Positions 27,097 to 37,000 of a stretch of DNA of 64,000 nt are shown here, one piece after another (position 1 is the first letter of the stretch; every line of letters starts with the position of its first letter). The position numbers were made by a program, and so were the translations under genes. Origin of the DNA: an uncultured virus (IMG/VR IMGVR_UViG_3300042882_001870) (Duplodnaviria > Heunggongvirae > Uroviricota > Caudoviricetes). The DNA lies in IMG/VR virus record IMGVR_UViG_3300042882_001870, one strand, 5' to 3'. Under the pieces are notes generated by a model. That model made no database searches. It had not been told where the DNA came from and was given only the letters and a program-made list of their open reading frames with translations.

Positions 27097-30000
27097 ATGC
27101 TAAATTTTAATGTTGAGCCGTACAGAGACGATTTCGATCCTAATAAACATTTTCACAGAATTCTTTTCAAACCTGGAAAAGCGATTCAGGCAAGGGAATT
27201 GACTCAATCCCAAACGATTTTACAGGATCAAATTTCCAAATTTGCATTTCATATTTTTTCACAAAATACCCCAGTAACTGGAGGTAATGTAACCATCAAT
27301 ACCGATTGTTATTATCTTCGACTATTACCAGAATATGAAGAAAATTCTATTGATGTAAATAATTTTCTCAATAGAATCATTAGGGACGATACTGGAACTG
27401 TTATTGCTAGAGTTCTTGCAGTAGCAGAAGAAACTTTTGTTAACGAAGTTTCCGCAGAAGCCCCAACTTTAATTGTTTCTTATATTTCCGGACAACAATT
27501 TGATGCTGGAGATATAATTTATTCTGCTGACGATTCTAATTTTACTGCACAATTAACTTCAGCAAATCATTCTGGAAAATCTTCTGTCGCTCATATTGCA
27601 GAAGGGGTTTTCTTTGTCGTAAATGGATATAGTTACTCAAATATTCAAAATCCAGACGGAACTTATTCAAAATATACTATTGGTAATTTTGTTGGAGTTC
27701 AACCGCAAATTGCAATTCTTGATAAGTATGGAAATAAACCAACATTAAGAGTGGGTTTAAATATAAACGAAACAGTTTATGATTATGTTGACGACCCTTC
27801 TTTATTAGATCCAGCTATTGGTGCATCCAATTATCAGGCTCCTGGCGCAGATAGATACGTCATTGAATTGGATTTAGAAACCAGACCTTTATCCATTGGT
27901 GACGACCAAAGCTTCATTGAATTGGTCAGAATGGAAGAAGGAGAAATAAAAAAGCAAGTAAACAATACTGTATATTCTGTTATTGATGATTATTTCGCCA
28001 AAAGGACTTCAGAAACAAACGGAAACTATATTGTAAACGATTTCGCATTTACGCCAAAAATAAATCCAGCAGACGCAAATTCTTATATTATGACTGTAGG
28101 AAAGGGTGTTGCTTATGTAAATGGGTATAGAGTAGAAAATCAATCTGATATTGGCATTCTTGGTCAAAGAGCAAGAACAACAGAATCTAGTAATAATGCG
28201 ACTGTATATTTTGAGTATGGAAACTATTTCTATGTTGATAATTTAGAAGGGTTTTTCGAAATAACGAAATTACCAAAAGTAGATATTCATTGCGTACCTT
28301 ATAATAATATAAATGTTTCTTCAACCACAGAATATAATAAAACTTTAGTCGGAACTTCTTATGTGAGGAACTTAGAACAATATTCTGGCGATATTTCTAA
28401 TCCAGATTCTATCGTTTATAAAATGTTTGTTACCGATATACAAACAAGAAACATAAATGGGGCTGCGGCGAATACTGCACCAACATTTGACCGTTTATGG
28501 TTACAGTCTGGAACTTTTACTACTACTGCAAATGCTTATGTTGGAGTTACGGTTTCTATTACTTCTGGGTCTAGTGCCGGAGATACTAGAACAATCGTCG
28601 AATCTTACTCTAGCGGCATGATTGTAGTTAGCTCAAATTTTTCTGAAAGAATAGATTCCACTTCAAAATACACACTAAATTTTGGCATAAAAGACGCAGA
28701 AAGTATTGTACTATCCACTTCTCCCGTGTCAAAAACGATAAGAAGTAATATAAATTCTCAACACGGTAAAGAAAGAGGGTTTTCTACTGGTTATGCCAAA
28801 TTGGTCGAGCCAAGCGATCCAGAAATGGTGTGGAACCTTGGACATTCTTATGTTAAACAATTAACAGATACCAGTTATCAGGGAACATATCTATACGCAG
28901 ACCAATCTTTACAATTCGCAAACGGTAAACTGGAATTATATTTAACGGCTCCAAATTCAACGACTTTCTCTGGTTCAGGTTCTTTAAGTGCAGATCAAAT
29001 AAAATCGAATTTTATAGTGTCAAGAAGTGCTAATGGACAAATTTTGACCTTTGACACGATTTCAAGAAAAGTTATTGTAGAACCAACTAACAGACAGTCT
29101 GCTAAATTAGAAATTTCTAATCTCGGTAATATTTCTTTTGATATTGATATTATTTCTAAATTAAACGTCAATAATGCCGACGCTACGAATATTTTAAGAA
29201 CTAAAGAATTATACCAAGGCAATACTTCTTACTATTCAACAGGAACTTCTGTTGTCGATAAAGGTAATATTAGATTTAATTCGGCTTTAGGTCAAGTTTA
29301 TATTCCCTTTGCAGAATTAGTACCAATAACACAAATACAAAGTTTATATGTTTGTGACGTAAAAAGGATTCTTAAAATATATGAAACAGCAAATTCTTCA
29401 ACAGCCCCGAATTCCACTTTAACTAATGTAACAGACGTTACGAAATATTACACTTTTAATAGTGGACAAAAAGATTCGTATTATGATCACGCATATATTC
29501 AATTAAATTTTGGCGCTCCAATAAGAAAAGGTAATTTATTAGTAATATTCGATTACTATTCACATTCTGGTGATATAGGTTACTTTAGCGTAATGTCTTA
29601 TTTTAAGGGTGTAAGAAAAGAAGAATATTCCGAAGTATTAAATTCTAATTATACCGCTAAAAATGGCGATGTATATAGTGCGTCTGATAGTATTGACTTC
29701 AGACCAACCAGAAAAAATGGAGATGCAAATTTCGTTTTTGATAAAGATTACATTGTTCCAAATTACCTAACTGCATTTACTGGAGATTATGAATACTATC
29801 TAGGTAGAAAGGACATTTTAATATTAACAAAAGATAGAACATTTGAAATCGTACAAGGAGTTCCTGCGCAATATCCAAAATTTCCAACCATACCAGATGC
29901 TTCTATGGATATTGCCAAAATAAATTTAGACCCATATACAGCATATATAACTGGAGAAAATTCAAAAGTAACAAATATTGCAATTCAAAAAATAGCCCAT

Positions 30001-33000
30001 AAAACATGGAAGATGAAGAACATTTCCGATTTGGAAAAGAGAGTTAATAATATTGAATATTATACTTCCCTAAGTTTATTAGAAAAGAACGCGGAATCTT
30101 TACAAATTCCAGACGAAAACGGATTAAATAGGTTTAAATATGGTATACTAGCAGATGATTTTACTGGATTCTCTGCTTCTGATACTGCAAATTACGACTT
30201 CAATAGCGCTGTATTAAAACTTGAAAGGTCTTTAACTGCTTCACATACAGTAGAAAATTGGAAGTTGCAGTGTTCTGCTCTTTCTAGAAATATGGGAGCG
30301 ATTGATAATTCTCAATTAACAGATTTTGCAATAACAAGCAACAAAACAAATAAATTCTACACGTTACCATTTACAAAAAAACCAGTTATTGAACAAAAAC
30401 TAGCAAGCAGAACTATAAACGTCAACCCTGTTGCTGTTATTGATGTTGTTGGAGACTTGGATTTGTCCCCTCCAATGGATACTTATGTCGATAACTTAAA
30501 ACTACCAAGTTTATTGATAGCCGACCCAGCGTTTAAATTCTATGAACCATCCGATCAAGTAAATCTTTTAAGTCAGTCTGATTGGAAACTCGTTGCTGGA
30601 ACTACTACAGAAAAATTGGTTGATACAACTAGAATAGTTGATTCTGCTGGTGGTACTACTATAACAAAAGAGTTCCTAAAAACTTGGCAAGAATCGAGGG
30701 ATAGTTTATATGGATACTACAAAGATTTAAATACAAACTTTATAGAAACCAACGATTTCATTACAGATATTAATATAATGCCCTTTGTTCGAGCGCAAGA
30801 AATTGAGTTTAAAACTAAAGGTTTATTAATTAATACCCCGCTAAATTGTTATTTCGATAACGTAAACATTAACGAAAACGTCAGATTACCAAATCTTCTA
30901 AAAGTTGCGGTTTCTGGTGGAGAATTTAAAGAAGGTGATGTTATTGGTTATTTATCTGCAGGGGTTTTCGTTCCTACAGGAAAAATACTCGGGGTTGCAT
31001 ATGAACCAGTTTCTAGATTTCCTTCTGGTGCTCTAACGACTCTAAGACTAAGAATGCTTCACCAATACCTATATGTTGTTGGAGATATTGGTATTACAAG
31101 ATATGCGGCTCCAGACACCAATTCGATTAATGTTGGCGTATTTAATACAAACGGAAGTTTTTCTAGGACAACCGCTTCTGGCGTTTTAGTAGAAACGTTA
31201 CATTCGTCTGGATTATTAGGGGCTGTTTCTGGAGGAACTGCGCAAACAGCAGATTTATACGAAGACGAAACCGGGAGAGACTATTCAGCAATAAGTAGAG
31301 CAGAATCTTTGGGTCAAAATAATAATACATATTTACCAAAAACCCTATTTAAGAGAACGGTTCGTAGGCAATTGGGAGTAACTTCAATTACTTTATCGTC
31401 AATGGCTTCTTCTACTAATAATTTTTATAAAGATGCTATTGTTACTATTTTCAATCCAAATCCAATAAATGACGAATGGAGCAGTTCTGCAGTAATTTCT
31501 GCTTATAATGGGTCTACTAAAGTAGCAACATTATCCACAACAATAAATGTAGAAATTTCTTCTGCCACTATTTACTCTATAAGTAGAAATACTTCTATTT
31601 TCAAAACTTCTGCTTCTACACCATTAGCAACTTCAAGAAATAACCCAGTTAATTTCTCAGAACCAATGCCGTTTATGTCTTCTGTTAATGGTATGTTTTG
31701 TGGTATATTTAAAGTTCCTGGTGGTAAGTTTTTCTCTGGAACTAAAGTTTTCAGAGTGGATAATGGTATTGATGGTAATGCAAATTCTGCTACAACATAC
31801 GCAGAATCGTCCTTCTTTGCTTCAAACTTGGCGACGCAAAGTCAAAGTTTACAATTTGCGTCAAAAATACCTGGATGGACAGAAACGGATAAAATCAACA
31901 AGAGTTCTACTAGGAAGGAGCAAGAATATATTGCCCCACCTCCACCTCCTCCACCACCAGAAGACCCTTTGTGTCAATCTTTTATCGTCGAAGGAAATTT
32001 ATATCCTAATGGGGTTTTCTTAAAATCTTTAAGTCTATTTTTTAGAACAAGGTCTATAGATCAACCAATTTATATTTATTTGGTTGAAACATTAAATGGG
32101 TATCCTACATCAAAGGTTCTTGAAAATTCTAAAGTCATCATAGACCCATTAGTTGTAAATACTTCCGAAAGACCTCATTACTTGGATCAAAATTCAAAAA
32201 CAACATTTGAATTTGATGTTCCAGTATACATCAAACCCGACATTTTGTACGCATTTGTTGTTAGATCTTCTTCTTTGGAGTATACTTGCTGGTTGGCTGC
32301 TCAAAACGATTTTGCGTTGGCGTCAACTTCAAAAAATCTTCCAACAGACCCAGACCCACAAACAACAGCTAAATTGAGTTCTAATCCATATGTTGGAACG
32401 TTATTTGTATCTCAAAACGCAATAACTTGGAGCGCTGAACAAACAAAATCGTTAATGTTTACCATTGATGCTTGTGAATTCGACGTTTCCAAAACTCCGA
32501 ATATTGATTTTGTCATCCCAAAAAGCGCCCCAAGATCTAAGCCAATAGATTTTGCTTCTGCGTATTTTAAAGATGATTTACAAGTTATTGCTAATACAAC
32601 ATATTCTGTATTCTCGCAAAGAAATTCTATTGAATATGATAAGTTGAATCTATCAACTTCGGATTTCACTCCAACACAGACTAAAATAAATTATTCTTAT
32701 GATACAACACCAAAAAATACTTGGTTGTTAACAGGAACAAAAACTCCTATTAATCCTGGTAGGTATGGAACTCCTTCTGCTGATCAGTTTTTAACTGATG
32801 GTAGGGGTGCTAGAATTATTGCTGGAAATAGTAATAATTCTTTAGTTATGACTGCGCAATTAACATCTTCAAATAAATGGGTTAGCCCCATGATTTCTGA
32901 TGATGGTGTTTCTTTATATACAACAAAATGGTTGATTAACGATCTAGGAGTATATGATTATAATATCAATATTGTTGATGGGGGTAAAAATTACTCCAAC

Positions 33001-33864
33001 ACGACTACTGGAGTAAGAATAGAAGCTGATGGTTATGGGGTTGGTGCACTTGCAGACGTTGTTGTTGATCCGTCTAATGGAAATTCTATTTCTAAAATAG
33101 TATTTGCTAATAATGGACGTAATTATGCAGTAAGACCTAAATTATATCTTTCTACAATATCTACTGCAAATACTGTATCTGGTAATGATAATATCATATT
33201 TAAAACAGAAAATGGGAGCATTGCTAATGGTTCTATTTGGTATGGTCAATCTATATCTAATGGTAATAGTTCGTTTGTTACAACAGTAGTTTCTGCAAAC
33301 AATGCCAATGGTTGGGTTACGGTTTCTAATAATGTATTTGGAACTTCGACGAATCAAACTTTCTATATCGATGGAGAACCAAGATTTGAAAATGGAAAAC
33401 CCGCGATTATTATAAATTGCGAAACTTGTACTAGAACAGGAAACGGTCTGGCAAAATATATTTCTAAACGGGTTGTTCTTGCTCCTGGAGATGAAGCCGG
33501 AGATCTAAGAGTTTATTATACTGCATATAAACCATTGAATACAGAAATATATGTTTATTATAAGATTCTTTCTGGAGAAGACGAACAAAAATTTGATGAT
33601 GGAACTTGGCAAATAATGACTCCAATTTCTTCTACTAATAGGGTTTCCTCTACAAGAACAGATTTAATTGAATATGTTGCTGCTCCAGGTAAGGATAATA
33701 TAGCTAATAATAATATTGTTTACACCAGTAGTTCTGGAGCAACATATTCAACATTTAACCAATTTGCTATTAAGGTGGTAATGACAACTACAGATCCTAC
33801 ATATGTTCCTTTCTTAACTGATATTAGGGCAATTGCTCTTCCTGCTGGAACTGGAATGAGGTAA
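27097..33864 (+). CDS. Very large virion structural protein (VrlC/DUF4815-like)
   Basis: FNVEPY.DDFD..K.FHRILFKPG..IQARELTQSQTILQ, APGADR, LEKRV.NIEYYTSLSLLE, DPLCQSF. Confidence 0.85.
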   Translation: MLNFNVEPYRDDFDPNKHFHRILFKPGKAIQARELTQSQTILQDQISKFAFHIFSQNTPVTGGNVTINTDCYYLRLLPEYEENSIDVNNFLNRIIRDDTGTVIARVLAVAEETFVNEVSAEAPTLIVSYISGQQFDAGDIIYSADDSNFTAQLTSANHSGKSSVAHIAEGVFFVVNGYSYSNIQNPDGTYSKYTIGNFVGVQPQIAILDKYGNKPTLRVGLNINETVYDYVDDPSLLDPAIGASNYQAPGADRYVIELDLETRPLSIGDDQSFIELVRMEEGEIKKQVNNTVYSVIDDYFAKRTSETNGNYIVNDFAFTPKINPADANSYIMTVGKGVAYVNGYRVENQSDIGILGQRARTTESSNNATVYFEYGNYFYVDNLEGFFEITKLPKVDIHCVPYNNINVSSTTEYNKTLVGTSYVRNLEQYSGDISNPDSIVYKMFVTDIQTRNINGAAANTAPTFDRLWLQSGTFTTTANAYVGVTVSITSGSSAGDTRTIVESYSSGMIVVSSNFSERIDSTSKYTLNFGIKDAESIVLSTSPVSKTIRSNINSQHGKERGFSTGYAKLVEPSDPEMVWNLGHSYVKQLTDTSYQGTYLYADQSLQFANGKLELYLTAPNSTTFSGSGSLSADQIKSNFIVSRSANGQILTFDTISRKVIVEPTNRQSAKLEISNLGNISFDIDIISKLNVNNADATNILRTKELYQGNTSYYSTGTSVVDKGNIRFNSALGQVYIPFAELVPITQIQSLYVCDVKRILKIYETANSSTAPNSTLTNVTDVTKYYTFNSGQKDSYYDHAYIQLNFGAPIRKGNLLVIFDYYSHSGDIGYFSVMSYFKGVRKEEYSEVLNSNYTAKNGDVYSASDSIDFRPTRKNGDANFVFDKDYIVPNYLTAFTGDYEYYLGRKDILILTKDRTFEIVQGVPAQYPKFPTIPDASMDIAKINLDPYTAYITGENSKVTNIAIQKIAHKTWKMKNISDLEKRVNNIEYYTSLSLLEKNAESLQIPDENGLNRFKYGILADDFTGFSASDTANYDFNSAVLKLERSLTASHTVENWKLQCSALSRNMGAIDNSQLTDFAITSNKTNKFYTLPFTKKPVIEQKLASRTINVNPVAVIDVVGDLDLSPPMDTYVDNLKLPSLLIADPAFKFYEPSDQVNLLSQSDWKLVAGTTTEKLVDTTRIVDSAGGTTITKEFLKTWQESRDSLYGYYKDLNTNFIETNDFITDINIMPFVRAQEIEFKTKGLLINTPLNCYFDNVNINENVRLPNLLKVAVSGGEFKEGDVIGYLSAGVFVPTGKILGVAYEPVSRFPSGALTTLRLRMLHQYLYVVGDIGITRYAAPDTNSINVGVFNTNGSFSRTTASGVLVETLHSSGLLGAVSGGTAQTADLYEDETGRDYSAISRAESLGQNNNTYLPKTLFKRTVRRQLGVTSITLSSMASSTNNFYKDAIVTIFNPNPINDEWSSSAVISAYNGSTKVATLSTTINVEISSATIYSISRNTSIFKTSASTPLATSRNNPVNFSEPMPFMSSVNGMFCGIFKVPGGKFFSGTKVFRVDNGIDGNANSATTYAESSFFASNLATQSQSLQFASKIPGWTETDKINKSSTRKEQEYIAPPPPPPPPEDPLCQSFIVEGNLYPNGVFLKSLSLFFRTRSIDQPIYIYLVETLNGYPTSKVLENSKVIIDPLVVNTSERPHYLDQNSKTTFEFDVPVYIKPDILYAFVVRSSSLEYTCWLAAQNDFALASTSKNLPTDPDPQTTAKLSSNPYVGTLFVSQNAITWSAEQTKSLMFTIDACEFDVSKTPNIDFVIPKSAPRSKPIDFASAYFKDDLQVIANTTYSVFSQRNSIEYDKLNLSTSDFTPTQTKINYSYDTTPKNTWLLTGTKTPINPGRYGTPSADQFLTDGRGARIIAGNSNNSLVMTAQLTSSNKWVSPMISDDGVSLYTTKWLINDLGVYDYNINIVDGGKNYSNTTTGVRIEADGYGVGALADVVVDPSNGNSISKIVFANNGRNYAVRPKLYLSTISTANTVSGNDNIIFKTENGSIANGSIWYGQSISNGNSSFVTTVVSANNANGWVTVSNNVFGTSTNQTFYIDGEPRFENGKPAIIINCETCTRTGNGLAKYISKRVVLAPGDEAGDLRVYYTAYKPLNTEIYVYYKILSGEDEQKFDDGTWQIMTPISSTNRVSSTRTDLIEYVAAPGKDNIANNNIVYTSSSGATYSTFNQFAIKVVMTTTDPTYVPFLTDIRAIALPAGTGMR

Positions 33865-33865
33865 T

Positions 33866-34096
33866 ATGTTAGTAAAAACTGAGGAAGGAAACTTTATTAG
33901 GGATACAGAATCTATGGCGCTTCTTAATACTGATAGAAGCGCCAGAGAAGAATATTTCATGAAAGCGAAAATGTTACATATACAAAAGACAGAAATTGCT
34001 AATATAAATAATGAGATAGATTCGTTAAAAAACGACATAGGTGATATTAAATCTATGCTAATTCAATTAATATCGGATAAAACTAATGGCAAATAA
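33866..34096 (+). CDS. Small coiled-coil virion protein
   Basis: FIRD.ES.ALLNTD...EID.LKNDI.DIKSML; usual position after VrlC-like genes. Confidence 0.7.
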   Translation: MLVKTEEGNFIRDTESMALLNTDRSAREEYFMKAKMLHIQKTEIANINNEIDSLKNDIGDIKSMLIQLISDKTNGK

Positions 34097-37000
34097 TATA
34101 ACCAATATCTATTTCTCTAATACTTTCGGTGATTTAGTAAGAACCGCAAATAACCTAGTAAACGCTTGGCAATATTTGGGGTTTTATGATTGGGATAAAC
34201 CTTCTGGAACTTTTTCTATATCAAGTTCTGGAACTGGGTTTCTTTCCAATACGATATCAGTATTTTCTAGAGAAACTAGGGTAGAAGGTGTTGGCAGTAG
34301 TTTATACGTCCAAAATAATGCTGAAGTGGGGAAAACTCTATCTCTCACAGATAGAGCGAATAACGTAACGTTGTATTCGAACGGAACTTCAATATTTTCT
34401 GGTGGATATCAAAATTATGCTTCTTACTTAACCGGAATTGGTTATGAAAATGTTAACAATAGTTACGGTATAGTTACTCTTGCTAAATCTCTATTTGCCA
34501 ATAGCGTAGATATTCTAGAAACAGCCAATGTAAATTTAATACAAGCAAACAATCAAATAATTTATTACAATTTATCTGGGAATACTGCACAATTTTCTGC
34601 GAACGTTACAGTTGGAAATTTGGTAAGTAATAATTTTATATATGCTGCAAATAATATTTCTACTAATAGAAATTTATTTGTGTCTGTAAATTCTCATGTT
34701 ATAGGTTTATCTTATACCGATAGATTGCAGGCAAATACTTCTGCAAATACTAGATATCTTTCTGTAACTGATGACGCCTTTGTAGATTACTTGCAAGCGA
34801 ATACAAATTTACAAACAGGGGTTGCTGTTGCAAATACGAGAGTCGTTACTGGTATTGTTCAAGCGAATAATACTGTTATTGCTAATACAGTTACTGCTAA
34901 CTCAATAGTTACTTCGCCAACATTACATGGTAGTAGTAACGTATTCAGCGGATATGTACAAGCTAATACCAGAATCGTTACTGGTATTGTTCAAGCAAAT
35001 AATACCGTTATTGCTAATACCGTTTCCGCCAACTCTTTGGTTACTACTCCAACGTTGCATGGTAGCAGTAACGTATTCACCGATTATGTTCAAGCTAATA
35101 CGAGAGTTGTTACAGGTATAGTTCAAGCTAATACTAACATATTTACTGCAACAATCTCTGCTAATAGTTCTATAGTTACTCCTACAGTTCAAGCTTCTTC
35201 GAACGTTTATACAGGATTTCTTAAAGCAAATAATTTAATTGTTACTGATGTTATTGAATCTCAATCTAGAGTTATAACAGATACTGCTTTAGCTAATACT
35301 AGAATAATTACAGCGACTTTACAATCTAATAATTCTATACTATCAAACGACATTTTAGCTAACACTAGAGTAGTTACTGGTATTGTTCAAGCGAACACCC
35401 ACATATATACCGACTACGCTCAAGCTAACACTAGAGTAGTTACTGGTATTGTTCAAGCTAATACTAACGTAATAACTAATGATGTTTTAGCAAATACTAG
35501 AGTTGTTGCAGGATTCGTTCAAGCAAACAATACCGTAATATCTAATACTATTTCTGCTAATACTGTTGTTACTTCTCCTACTTTACATGGTAGTAGTAAT
35601 GTATTTTCTGGATATGTTCAGGCTAATACTAGAGTTGTAACAGGTATTGTTCAGGCAAATAATATAGTTCATTCTAATACTGTTTCTGCTAATACTGTTG
35701 TTACTTCTCCTACTTTACATGGTAGTAGTAATGTATTCTCTGGATATATTCAGGCTAATACTAGAGTTGTCACTGAAACTGTTCAATCTAATACTAATGT
35801 AATAACTAATGATGTTTTAGCAAATACTAGAGTTGTCACTGAAACTGTTCAATCTAATACTAATGTAATAACTAATGATGTTTTAGCAAATACTAGAGTT
35901 GTGACAGGTATTGTCCAAGCTAATACTAATGTAATAACTAATGATGTTTTAGCAAATACTAGAGTTGTGACAGGTATTGTCCAAGCTAATACTAGAGTTG
36001 TCACTGAAACTGTTCAATCTAATACTAATGTAATAACTAATACTGTTTCAGCTAATTCATTAGTTACTTCTCCTACTTTACACGGTAGTAGTAACGTATT
36101 TACTGCGATTTTGCAAGCAAATAGTGCAGCAAACACTCAAAACCTATCAGTAACTCAGAGAATATTTACAAATGATTTTATATCTAATACTAACATTTTA
36201 GTAGTAAATAATGCAAATACTACCAATTTATACGCATCAAATCTAGTTCAAGCTAATAGTGTAGGATATCTAGATAACAGCCAAAATCCATCTGTATATA
36301 ATGTATATTCAAGAGAAGCACTATTCAATAATGCTTCGATAGTTTCAAACATGGTTGTTGGAGGAGACTTAAAAGTTTTAGGGGCTACTCAGTATGATGG
36401 TAAATCAATAAGATTAAGTGCTAACAGCCCTTCTTGGTGGACCAACACCATTCCTGCAGAACTGATTGTTAATAGAAAATTAGATGAGGCAAATGGTATA
36501 TGGTATTCTGCAAACTCTGACGCAGCAATATCTTGGTCCGATCTATCTTTAAGATGGAGAGCAGTCGATGTTCCTAATTCTACCGCCAACAGTAAAATTT
36601 ATACTAATTTATTGCTAGAGTTAGATATTGCTGATAATCTAAATGAAACTAGTTCCGTAAGAGTTCCTTCTTCTAGAGTACATTCTCTAACAAGAACACA
36701 CGCAAATTCTGCATTCTTAAATTCTAATTCTGCTTATACACATGCAAATTCTGTTTATACACACGCAAATTCAGCAATAACTATAGGGACAACGCCAGTA
36801 TATTTAAATAGAACTAATACAGTTTTTGGTGGTATATCAACATTGTCGGTAACAGGAACAACATTATCTAACTTTGTTGTTGCAAACACTAATGTAATTT
36901 CTCCAATAGTTGTTTCAAACAGCTTACAAGCAAACAATTTTGCTAATACCCAAAATCTTTCTGTAACCCAAACAATATTTACTAGAGATTTTCGAGCAAA

